A program made the translations under genes and the position numbers. The notes under the pieces were generated by a model. It did not search any database, had not been told where the DNA came from, and saw only the letters and a program-made list of their open reading frames with translations. A stretch of DNA of 64,000 nucleotides from Salpingoeca rosetta. Taxonomy: Eukaryota; Protista; Choanoflagellata. The stretch lies in contig JAWQFM010000008.1 in NCBI GenBank assembly GCA_033442325.1, positions 248,001-312,000 of the forward strand, in the 5' to 3' direction. Shown in pieces: positions 1 to 11,977 of this stretch (position 1 is its first letter; each line of letters opens with the position of its first letter).

Positions 1-77
1 CAGCTGTTCCTCCTCCTCATCGACCACCACCACCACCACCACCACCACCACCACCACCAGCATCGGTGTTGGGGCTG

Positions 78-307
78 ACCGTTTCGCACGATAGACACCG
101 CGTTTCGCTGGACAGCACGCCCTCAAAGATATCGTGCACCCATGTCTTGTTCTCCTGTGACGACGACGACGACGACGACGTTGCCGACACGGCGCTACGG
201 GTGGTGCCGGAGGAGATGGTGGACGCTGGACTGGACGACCCACGCCGCCCTTTGCTGCTGCGCGCTTTGACCACCACCGTCTCTGCAATGATGGGTTGTG
301 CGGTGTG

Positions 308-399
<92 letters not shown>

Positions 400-1683
400 T
401 GTGTAAGTGTGTGTGTGTGGGGGGGGGGAGAAGTGGGAGAGGGGGAGAGAGGAACAGAGGAGATATTGAGATGGGGAGAGAGGAACAGAGGAGAGAGAGA
501 GAGTGTGTGTGTGTGTGTGAAGACAAAACGCAAGTTAAGGTACAACGAATAAGGCGATGCCACATGGTGTGCTGATGCGATGGTGAAAATTGCTTCACAC
601 ACCTTGTCGCTGCACGCATTCCGCAATTGTGTTGAGAAGGAAGTTGAGCAGTTCCTGTGCATCTTGCTGCATGTTGGACCGAAACAGCTCTGATACCAAA
701 GTACCAAAGCACAGGGGAAGTCAGAGTCGTGTCACGGACACCACGACGGATTGCGTCAACCGAAACGAACGTGTGCACACGTGCGCACACATGCACCCAT
801 GTACCCACTTGTATGTACACATGCACACGCAAACACACGCAAACACACACAAACACGTGCACCCGTGCGCACACACATGCATGCGCACCGTTCTCTGCCT
901 TGAGTTGCTGGTAAAACCGCTTTGGTGATATGGTGCCGGTCTTCTTCTTTCCGTGCGCAATGCTGTGGAAGAGGGCCGCCAGCTCAGATAGCAGCCGGCT
1001 GCCGTCCTTGCCTCCATCATCCGCAGTGAACCCACTGTCCCTGTTGTGACGCAGGCGGCACAGGAATTACAGCGGCAAGTACATGCAGGGGTATGGGTGT
1101 GAGGTTGGTTGTGCATCATGTGGTGCTGCAGTTGCAAACCCCTGCATGCTGACCAATGGGCTCTCACAGCAGATGCAACCATTCGCATCCCATTCCTCAC
1201 ATACACACACACACACACATACACATACACACACACATACACATACACACACACACACAAACAAAATGCCACGGCCACCCTCGATGATGACTTTACCTGT
1301 ACTGGAGTACATGATGTCTAAAGGGCTTGCAGAAGTAGAGTGCTTGCAACACGGAGTTGCAGTAGCATGTGTTTCCAAACTACCCCAAATGACCAAGGAG
1401 AGAACACAGGTGAGTCACAAGAACCAGCCAAGTGTCCACAAAACGACAAGCAAATGCAGCCACTTCTCTCACCCCATACTGCGGTTGCCTCTCTTCCCTC
1501 TCTCCCAAACTCTCTGTTCCGATTGCTCCAACGCCCAGCGATCACCACGACTATCACCAGGACCACGACTTGTCAATCAACGGCTTCTTGCAAACCACCA
1601 GCACGCACATTCACAAGGCCAAGCAGCCGTTCCTCGCCGCTTAGCAGCAAGCGCGATCGCTCCTTGGAGTGAGGCAGTCCCAT
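78..1683 (-). CDS. USP46: Ubiquitin-specific protease USP12/USP46-like; multi-exon, 3' part continues beyond the window start
   Basis: Spliced exons read MGLPHSK...LLGLVN|FGNTCYCNSVLQALYFCKPFR (Cys box), LAALFHSIAHGKKKTGTISPKRFYQQLKAEN, ELFRSNMQQDAQELLNFLLNTIAE and TWVHDIFEGVLSSETRCLSCETVS, all USP12/46 motifs. ATG at 1683. Confidence 0.92.
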
Positions 1684-2033
1684 TGCGTGGCTACCACCAT
1701 GCACACGGAGGCGAGAACAGGCGACTCCTGCTTGGAGGGGGATGGGAATGAGTGGGGGGCCCCGGGTATGTGCGTGTGTCAGGCGTGGACGGGTGGATAC
1801 GTGGAGGGTGTGTGGAGGGGTGGAGAGCGAGGACAGCAGTGTGTGTGTTCTCAGCCAACGGCTTTGTTGTTTTTGTTTGTGCGCCGCCTTTGCTGTTTGC
1901 ACATTTCTATATGTCGCTGTCGTCGGTCGGTCATGATGGATGATGATGGTGGCGTGGTGGGGCGTGAGAGCGTTCACGGTGACGAGCGAGGTGAAGATGG
2001 GCGGCACAGAGGGGGAGAGGCACAGCAAGTCGA

Positions 2034-2035
2034 GC

Positions 2036-2133
<98 letters not shown>
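2034..2133 (+). repeat. (CAA)n microsatellite, ~33 units, between the UBXN11 stop and the USP46 start
   Basis: Uninterrupted caa run seen directly. Confidence 0.95.
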
Positions 2134-2134
<1 letters not shown>

Positions 2135-2167
2135 AAAATGGCAAGTCGCCTCTCTCTATCTCCCATG

Positions 2168-2859
2168 TCAGGCGTGCTTGTGGAAGGAGAGGTGGAGTGT
2201 GGCTGTGGGAATGAGTTGTAGCTCTTCGAGTGTCGCTGAGTCATCTTTCAGCACCTGGCACACGCACACACATGGACATAATGAGCTGTGTACTGGAATT
2301 GGGGTGGGGTATGTGTGCGTGGACGTGTCTGTTTCTGTATGTGTGTGTGCGTGTCTGTCTGTCTGTGTGTCTGTCTATCTGTCTGTGTGTCTGCCTGTCT
2401 GTGTGTGCAAGTGGTGTGCTTACCAGCTTCGGGTATGCGCGAACGAGGCGGAAGTTCGTCAACGAAGGGCTGCAAGGCAGACAGCAGACAATCACCACAC
2501 ATTCACAAACACACGTACACACACACACATAAGCTCATGAACAGCACTTAGAACTGATGCTCGAACAATTCACTCCGCGGTGCGCAAACACTGCCAATCA
2601 CACCACCACTCCCACGATCGCTACAAGCCACATATCACCACGCATTGCCACATATCACCACCACGGCCACAGCAGCAGCAGCAGCAGCAGCAGCAACGTA
2701 CTCGTGCTTTGAGATCTGCCGGCGCACGTCAGCAACGGTGTCTCGATAACGCATCTTCAGCATCAGGCGCCGAGCACTTCCAACCAGACGCACCTGCCAC
2801 AACGCCAACAACAACGACCGGATGGGTGGCAACACACAAGTGCATGGGGGAAAGTGAGA

Positions 2860-2896
<37 letters not shown>

Positions 2897-3175
2897 TGCT
2901 GTGGTGCGTGTGTGTGTGTGTGTGTGTGTGTTTGCTGTTGAGGACAGAGCACGACGCAAGAGCGCATCAACACTGCGCCCAAACATGCACACACACACAC
3001 CAGACACCACGCAGCATCACCTGTATGGTTGCAATGTCGAGCGGCGTGTGCGGGCGTTCGGCTGGCGGCGCTGTGCCGTTGGTGATTGCGTCCGCGTGTT
3101 GCCGCAGAAGCGTGGCAACAGGCGTTCCAACCAGCTCAACGCCCCCGCGCTGGCCCGGCTTCTGTCAGCATGTGA

Positions 3176-3246
<71 letters not shown>

Positions 3247-3674
3247 GGCAAACTCAAGAGGAGGGTCAAGGGCCCTTCCCACCTCAATCCAACCCAATAA
3301 CTCTCATCCAACCTTGGTGCTGTCGGCTGCTCCAATATGGGACTGCACGGCCCCGCGAATGTCGACCACGACGCCGTTCACAACAACTGCTGGCGGCAAC
3401 CGTGACAGCAGCTGCTCCGTTCCGCCCGCGCGCCCTGACACAGCAGCAGCAGCAGCAGCAGTGTGTGTGTGTGTGTGTGTGTGTGCGTGTGTGTTTTTGT
3501 GTGAGTTTGTGAATGTATGTAACGGTGTGTGTGTGTGTGTGTGCATGTGTGTTTTTGTGTGAGTTTGTGTGTGTGTGTGTGTGTGTGCATGCGTAATGTC
3601 TGCAGAGAGGCGATGAGAGTTCACGTCACGACCAAACACCCACATCAACACCACCATCACCACGTCCATCAACA

Positions 3675-3707
<33 letters not shown>

Positions 3708-3981
3708 TGCCATGTCACCTGGGGCCTTATCGTCCTGGCTGCCAACATGGACTGCCTCTGGTTTCGCCTCATCGCGCACCAGCTGCGTTTTCGGTTCGTC
3801 GATCAGACGGGAGTGGTCCTGCTTCCCGCCAAGCACCATCCCAACGCCAGGGAACCCCTAACACGCGCATTCAGCGCATGTGCAAAAACAACATGGATTG
3901 AGGATTGTGGAGGAAGCATGCGCGCGCGCATGTGTGTGTATGTGTGTATGTGTGTGTGTGTGTGTACAAGTGTGTGTGTGT

Positions 3982-4025
<44 letters not shown>

Positions 4026-6205
4026 GTGTGTGTGCGTGTGTGTGTGTGAGTACAATGTGTGCAAGCATGCGCGCGCGTGTGTGTACAAGCATGTGTGTGT
4101 GTTAATGCACGGCTGTGAATGCATCATGTCTGTGCTGCAAATTTGTGCTCGCATCCCCCTCATTGTGCCACCCTGCCACCCTGCCTTCTGCACACGACAC
4201 CTTCACTCACGCGAATGACGGGCCGCTTGTACTCGACTGTCCGCTTGTCGACGAGGTCAAAGGGGCAGCCCTCAGGGAAACGGTCTTTCAGCTCCCAGGG
4301 GAAATACCCGTCCATCAGGTCCCGCATGAACATCTGAACCGCACACACACACATACACACACACATACATGCATGCACATGCAAGATGCTGCTGTCAGTG
4401 CAAGTTGGGACAGACAAAGCACGAACACACAATCACCAGCATTCACACACAATCACAAGCATTCACACACACACACACACATACACACCTACCTGGGCTG
4501 TGCCGTCGTCATACGAGCGAAACGGGCCCTCGAATAGGAGAAAGCCGTTGCTGTAGAGGGTGAGCGGCACGCGCTGGGTGTGCTTGAGTCGCGCCATATT
4601 GGTGTCGCCGTCACGCTCAATCTTCGCTGCGCCGTCGCCAGCGAGGAGGTTCAGCTCATCCACGTTGCGCACAACCTGCCGTATGGCAAATGATGTGTGA
4701 TGTGAAGGCACATCAAGGCATGCAATACAACACACACACGTACACGTACACACACATACACACACGTACACACACGCACACACACAGTATACACACACGC
4801 ATGTAGGCACACACGCGAGTAACTTGCGCTTCAGCTTCCCATTTGCTGACGCACCTGATCAAAGTCGACCTTGAACTCGGCAGAGGGCTGCGCCATGCTC
4901 GTGTCTGGGACGATAGTGGCGGGAGTGGTGAGCGCCAATGATACAAACAGGAAGATGAACCACATGTGAAGCAATTATGCATTCACACGAATACATTCAC
5001 ATGAACACTTATGCGCACACACGCATACACCCCACAGCACTCATTCACTCACCTGGTGCTGTTGGCTGCGTGGTTGCGTCCTTGGTGTCCGACGGCGGTT
5101 GCGGCCGCGTTGGTGTTGGTGCTTTGGGGCTGACACCACCACTGTCCATCTCCTCCTCGCCCTCATAGTCCTCGTCCTCGTCGCTGCCGGCACCAACCCA
5201 CACCAGGCCGTAGTCTGCAAGGAAGGTCTGGCGTGCACGCGGTGTCGGAATGACGCAGGTGTGGTGGAGGATGATGCACAGGGACGTGGTTTAGTAACGC
5301 TGCGTGGTGCTGTGCATGCACAGGCAAAGACACACACACACACACACACACACACGACACACACATTGTACACACACACACACACGCACACACACACACG
5401 CACGCACGCACGAATGCGCTGCGCATGCACAAGTATTCAAGCAAAGACACGCGCACGCACGAACGCACACACACACACATATACACGCACACACACACGC
5501 ACCTCCATCTCATGCACTTGGCGCTGCAGCCTGCTGAGCTCTTGTGTGACGGCACGGGCATCAGCAGCCATGCCGTCAGAGAGCGCTTTCTCCGCCTGCA
5601 GCTGCTTGATCTTGCGCCGCAGCGATCCAACCGTCTTGTCCTGCACCGACGTGTATGTATGAACATGTGTATGTGTGTGTATGTGTGTATCACATGCCGT
5701 TTCGTGGGAACTGACACAAACAGCCCACACCATATACACAGTACGCGTTGCAATCACACGCACACACACACATGCACAAGCATGCAATCACACGCGCACG
5801 CACGCACACACACACACACACACATGCACACACATGCACACGCACGCACGCGCACACGCACGCACCTTTTCGGAGCAGGCTTGGTTTGCGAGGTGAAGCT
5901 GGCGCTCAAGGCTGCGCAGTCGGGCTGCCATGGTGGAGATGAGGTCGTGATCGCTGACGCGGCTGCTGCGGGGACGCGTGTTGTAGCCGGTGCCACCGCC
6001 GCCAGAGGTGCGGGAGGAGCGCAGCAGTGACGAGAAGGCGCCCAGGTCATTCTTCCGCTCCGGCTTGCCAACAAGCGAATCAAACATGGCTTGCTCTGCC
6101 GTTCCATGATGCATCAACGGAGAGACATCAGTGGATGAGGGAGGTGCGATGGAGTTGAACAAGCTGATTCAAACACCATCACATGACATGAACCCTAATG
6201 TTCCA

Positions 6206-6281
<76 letters not shown>

Positions 6282-6454
6282 CACTCACCGTCGTGGGCGG
6301 GTTCTCTGACGGGCAGCTGGCGCTTGCCCTTCTTGGCGGCATCATCGGCTGCCTTGCTAGTCTCATCCCCCTTCTTCTGCCCTTGAGGGCCCCCCTTCTT
6401 CTTGGCTAGCGGGCCCCGTCGCCGACCCCCAAGCGCAGACAGCTCGTCGGCCAT
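2168..6454 (-). CDS. UBXN11: UBX domain protein 11-like (coiled coil + SEP + UBX), multi-exon
   Basis: Exons give [42 protein letters not shown] domain [41 protein letters not shown], and UBX end [10 protein letters not shown]|[25 protein letters not shown] 6454, TGA 2168-2170. Confidence 0.88.
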
Positions 6455-6891
6455 CGTGTGTGGTTGCTCCTGTGGGCGTTGTGTTTGTGTTTTGACGCAA
6501 GCAAGCAAGGCAACCGTTACTCAGGTGTTTGTGGTTTGTGGTTTGTGGGTGCACAACAACTTTAAACATCACATGTCACGTGTGTGTCTCGCTGTCTCAC
6601 GTCATGTCATGTCACGCTGTTCTCCTCCTTTTCCTTACAGCCCACACCACACCATGAGAGAACCAGACAGGTGTAGCATAGCATCACAGTCACAGTGCAG
6701 TGTAGACCAGGCGAACAAACAAGCAAAGGCAAGAGTAATGTAACACGTGCTCTACTCTTCTTGCCTCTTCAATAACAAACACCAGAGCTGGCATGTAACT
6801 GGGTAACAGAATGACGCTTCACATTCAAACACACACGCAAGCCGTGCGTCGCCCTTCTCAAGTAACACGCCAGTGGCTGCCGCCATAGCCG

Positions 6892-8468
6892 CTACGACTG
6901 CTGCTGCTGCTGCTGCTGCTGCGCCCACTGCGTCACGATTGCGACCATGGCGTCGTTGAGAATGTTCACCTCATCCGGCCGCTCCACCGTAAGCGCAGGC
7001 AACTCGCCCTCCACACGCGACAGTAACGCGTTGAGCGCGTGCACGTTTGCGGTGCGGTCACGCTGCGGCGCCACCACCAGCGCGGGCCGTGGTGACATTT
7101 CGCGCAGGAGGTCGTCGTAGTCGTAGGGGAACGACGACAGCACTGGTGCACGCGCACCACCGCCAGCCCCGTCAACACCGTCTGGTGAAGAAGAGGAGGC
7201 AAAGGAAGCGGAGGAGGAGAATGAGTGGGAACTACCATCACTGCCAACATCACCACCACCATCACCATCATCACCAGTGCCATCGGCGTGATGGGTGACG
7301 AACCAGCCGAGGCGTGGCTGGAGGGCGTGCCACTCATACAGGCGAGCGTGCGAGCCCGTGGTGCGGTCCAGCGATGCGTTGCGCAGTGGCGTGATGCCGG
7401 CAACGCACGCCACGCCAGCAATGCGCGCATCAAGCGCAGCCGCATACAGCGCAACAATGCCGCCGAGAGAGTAGCCAGCGACATACACGCGGGAAGGATC
7501 AACAGTCGGGTAGCGCCGGCCACCGTACATGTCGCTGAGGGGGATGCCATCCGGGTGGTCCCCCGTCTGGTTGGAGGCAATGGCGCCGACAGCAGAGGAG
7601 ACATCAGCGACAAGCCGGCCAAGCAGACTCCATTCCGCGTTTGCCGCGCGGTCGTAGAAGTGTCGCTTGTCGTCGATGCGAAGCCCAAAGGCGGCCTGGT
7701 TGTACGCGAGCACAACGTACCCCGCCCGTGCGAGTGCGGAGTACAGCGGCTCCGAGGAGTGAGGGTAGTCTTCAACATACCCGCCCTAGTGTGTTTGTGT
7801 GTGAATATGGTGCGGTTGTGCCGAGTTTGAGAGTGTGAGTACCTGTGCCGTGGGATTGTGGGATTACGAGCGCTACTGTCCAGCACAATGACAAGAACAG
7901 CTGTGCGTCGTGTGTTGTTTCTCGTATGTCATGCACACACGCACACAGTCTGACCTGGTAGGAGTATGGGTGAAGGTAGACAATGGCTGGGTGGGACTTG
8001 TTGTCGCCAGGGGACATCTGCTTCGTGTCCCAGTAGATGTTGCCGTGTACATACGCACCAAAGTTGATTGCCATGTGTGCGACGTGCGTGTCAGGATCCA
8101 CGCCATACAATGAAGTGCCCTCACGTAGCATATCCTGGATGTACTCAAAGTACAGCAGCCCGTACTCCCCGCCCGGGCTCCACGCGACCGCCGGCAGTGA
8201 GGAGGTCCGACCAAGTCCATACTCAATGCGTTCGCGCCGCGCAGCGGTGGCAGGTGGCGGCGGCTGGTACGGTGTGGTCGCATTCCACGCCGCCCAATCA
8301 AACGTGTGCAGCAGCACCTGCAGCACGTCATGCAGCGGAAACAATGTCAAGTGGATGAGAGCTCAGCAAGCGCAAGTGTGCATACCTTCACACGTACACA
8401 AGAGCGCACGCAGCCACAAAACAACAAAACTCAACACGCCCACACGCGCGCGCATACATACCCTCACG

Positions 8469-8543
<75 letters not shown>

Positions 8544-10170
8544 ATGCACACACACACCCATGCACACACACACCCATGCACACACACATACACACACACC
8601 CATGCACACACACCCATACACACACACGCACGCACACACGCACACACATACATACATACAGTCCCCATCTCTGGAAAACACACACGCGCGCGCGCGCGCG
8701 CACGGCTGCACCTCTGGAAAGTCTTTGGGAGACAGTCGCCCGCGACCGAGGGCAGTGTCGAAGAGATCAAAGTAGTTCTCAATTAGCTCAAAGCCATGGT
8801 GCTGACCCTGTCGCCAGACAACATGCAGCTTGTCCGTGGCGTTGAGGAAAGCGTACACTTTCTTGGCAGCAACATACGCCCGCTCCACGGCAAACGACGT
8901 CTCGCAGGGGTCATTGTGGGCTGTTTCACTGTGCAACGGCGCAAGGAAAGCAATGAGGACGTGCAACGATGGACCCGTGGACACGTGGATGTGAATGCAA
9001 GATTGGGGGCGGCAGAGAAGCCAATGAAAGAGCAAAGGAGGCGAAGGCGAAACGAGCAAGGGTTAAAAGTTCACCGCACCCTCATACATTCACACACACA
9101 CACACATTCACACACACACACACACACACCTGTACACACACACCTGTACACACACACCAACACACACACACACACACCTAAACACACGGCACGACACAAA
9201 CTCACCTGGCGAAGAAGCGAGGGGCGATGAGGGCAAGCAGGCCGTGACTATCAATCGGGATGGTGTTCTCTTTCCCTTCCAAATCCACGAGCGATGGCAG
9301 CCACCAGCAGCATCTGGGGTCCTTGGGACGTGGATCGTGCTTGTCTCGAACACACGAGCAGTTGAGGTTGTCTGGGGGACTCGGCCAGCCGCTCGACGGC
9401 GACTCGCTGAAGGTGTACGCGGAACTGAAGCGGTAGTTTGACATGGCCGGAACGCCACTGCTGCTGGAGATGACGGCCGTGATGCGCTCATCCCAGGCGG
9501 CAAGGATCATGGACTGCTTTCCGTTGCGAGAGTGACCGGTGACGACAATCTGCGACGCATTGCCCTCCGGCAGCGCACTCGCCACAAAGTCGATCACGCG
9601 AGATCCAAGCCAGGCACGGCGCGCAATTAGGCCCCAGGTTGCCGCAGGATATGCGAGGCGAAAGCCGTCTGTCTGGTCGTTTGAGTCTGCTCCCGGATAC
9701 ACGACGCCCACGTAGCCGCGCAGAACACCTGCCACGGCCCAGCGTCGATGGTTCGTCTGTGTCATAAACACCGGGCAGGGCTTCACTGCTGTGCAGTGCC
9801 GAACAGGCCGCAAGACCTCCACCACCACGCGCGTGGGCCTTGCCGTGGGTGTTGCATACGAGAGCTCCACAAAGGAGTCGTTCACGCCACCATCATGCGT
9901 CAGGACGCTGGACACAAGTCGCACCCCAGTGAGCGGCGGCACATGCGTCGGGAACTCCCCGTAAAAGTATTGTGTCAGTAACGCTTTGATCTCCTCCTTC
10001 CGCTGCGCGAGGGCGCCAAGCGTAGACACGGCCGTGCCATTCGCAAACTCGAGCAACGGTGGCAAGTCAGCCAGCCCGGCGTGTCCGGTCGTCGACGTGC
10101 TGCTGCAAGTGGAGGAGAGAATGGTGGATGTACACAGCAGCACCGCCAGTGTTGTCGCCACTGTCATCAT
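6892..10170 (-). CDS. Secreted two-domain alpha/beta hydrolase: CE15 (glucuronoyl esterase-like) domain plus a second esterase domain
   Basis: Hydrophobic signal peptide MMTVATTLAVLLCTSTILSS. CE15-type nucleophile elbow VTGHSRNGK..AAWDERI, IPIDSHGLLALIAPR and WRQGQHHGF. Second elbow VAGYSLGG..AAALDARI. Four exons (approx. 9207-10170, 8710-8907, 7954-8318, 6892-7787). Confidence 0.8.
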
Positions 10171-10208
10171 CGCTGATGCGGGAGTCGAAGCAAAAAAAAA
10201 AGAGATCC

Positions 10209-10280
10209 CTCCCCCACGGGGAATCGAACCCCGACCCCGACGGTGAGAGCGTCGTATCCTAGCCATTAGACCATGGGGGA
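10209..10280 (-). tRNA. tRNA-Glu (CTC)
   Basis: TCCCCCATGGTCTAATGGCTAGGATACGACG-CT-CTC-AC-CGTCGGGGTCGGGGTTCGATTCCCCGTGGGGGAG forms a full cloverleaf with A/B boxes, followed by a T10 Pol III terminator. Confidence 0.97.
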
Positions 10281-10568
10281 TCTCGAAAAGGTGGGCCAAC
10301 ATTGCGTACATGATACAGCAGTGAGCTGTGGTAGTGTGGTTGACAACAGCACGTCAACTTGGGTGCTTCATTCCAGTTTGGTTGTTGGACCCGATGCACG
10401 CCAATTCAATTCATTTATCGCATCAATGCAAGCACCAACGAGGCTAGCATTGTGGCTCTTGGGTTGACAGCACAGACAAGCGCAAGACGACAGTAGTTGA
10501 AATGTGGAAGGGTGCATGTTGTGTAACAGGACAAAATAAAGACACAAGAGAAGCAGGATACACATTTT

Positions 10569-11830
10569 TCAGCCCATCAGCAACTGCGACATCCTGCAAG
10601 CCAGAAGTGCACACATGTGTGTGTGCGTGTGTGCGTGTGTGTGTGTGTGTGTGTGAACGTGTGTGTGTGTGAACGTGTGTGTGTGTGTGTGAAATACCAC
10701 ACGGTTGCCAACGGGCCCAACGAACTACGCACATGGGAATGATAAGCGCAACACCAACACACACACCAACACGCACCAACACCCACACACACACACACAC
10801 ACACCAACACGCACCAACACCCACACACACACACACACACCAACACACACACTCTCTCTCTCTCCCCTTCTATTCATCGTACACGCACTGCACACGTACT
10901 CTTGTAAGCTGAGCTTGCCGTCGCCGTTGTCGTCTGCGACCTGGATGAGCTCGTTGATGTCGGCCTCTGTGATGCCCGGCGGGTAGCCTCCCTGTTGCAT
11001 GAGGTGCTTGATCTGCTTCGGCGTGATGTACCCTTCTCCACTGGTGTCCCAATCAGCAAACGCAAGCTTCAAATGTGACCCTGTCAACTCTGTTGTCTGA
11101 GTGCGAGTGTGTGTGTGTGTGAGAGAGAGAGAGAGGGAGAGAGTCAGTGTGCGAGTGTGTGTGTGTGTGTGTGTGTGTGTGAGTACCGTGATGACATGAA
11201 TTATTATCAACCAACACGGACAAAGATAAAAAGACGAGTATGGACAGAGTGCATTGCAATAGCACGCATACGGCCCAGCAATCACACACACGCACAACAC
11301 ACACACACACACACACACAAAATACACAGGCACACCTCGAAGCCCTGAGCGACGGCGCGCAGGAATGGACCCAGCTCAAGCGTTCCTGTCTTGCGCAGGT
11401 CAAACCTGTGAATGTTCTGTGAGATCCACCACCAGTGCCACCGCCAGTGGTGTGCAGACACGCAGCAAAGGGGGAGAGGGGGCACACAGGGGAGAGACAC
11501 GCGTTGTGAGACACGTCCAAGCAACAGCTACATGCACAACAAATACATGTTAACACATCCACAACACACACACACACAACACACACACACACAAACACAA
11601 CATCCACAACACACACACACACACACACACAAACACAACACACACACACGCACACACACACACACACAAGAGCACGCACAAGAGCACACGCAACTCACGT
11701 CGACTGTGACGCCAAGAGCAACCAGGGCCTCCTTTGCCTCCTCCAGGCTCAGCTTGCCATCGTGATCTGTGTCGTAGTGCGCAAACATGAGCTTGCCATC
11801 CCGCAGCTGCTTGTCGCTCAACTTGTCCAT
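10569..11830 (-). CDS. Calmodulin-like four-EF-hand protein
   Basis: Exons MDKLSDKQLRDGKLMFAHYDTDHDGKLSLEE, FDLRKTGTLELGPF, AFADWDTSGEGYITPKQI, IQVADDNGDGKLSLQE|MSQLLMG*. Confidence 0.85.
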
Positions 11831-11977
11831 CTCCACCGCTGCTTGCTGTTTGCTTTTGTTGTGCTTTTGCTGAGTCAGCACTTCATACGCCCTTCAAAAT
11901 GCACCGTTCCGCCCGTTTTCATTTTCTCCTGTTGGTGTGCACGTGGTTTTTCCAAGAGGCAAGGCAAGGCAAGCGAG

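Noticed and set aside
1669-2244. Poly-Q / poly-N / poly-L ORFs over the (CAA)n tract
   Set aside because: Simple repeat in the UBXN11 3' UTR or USP46 upstream region, with no coding signature.
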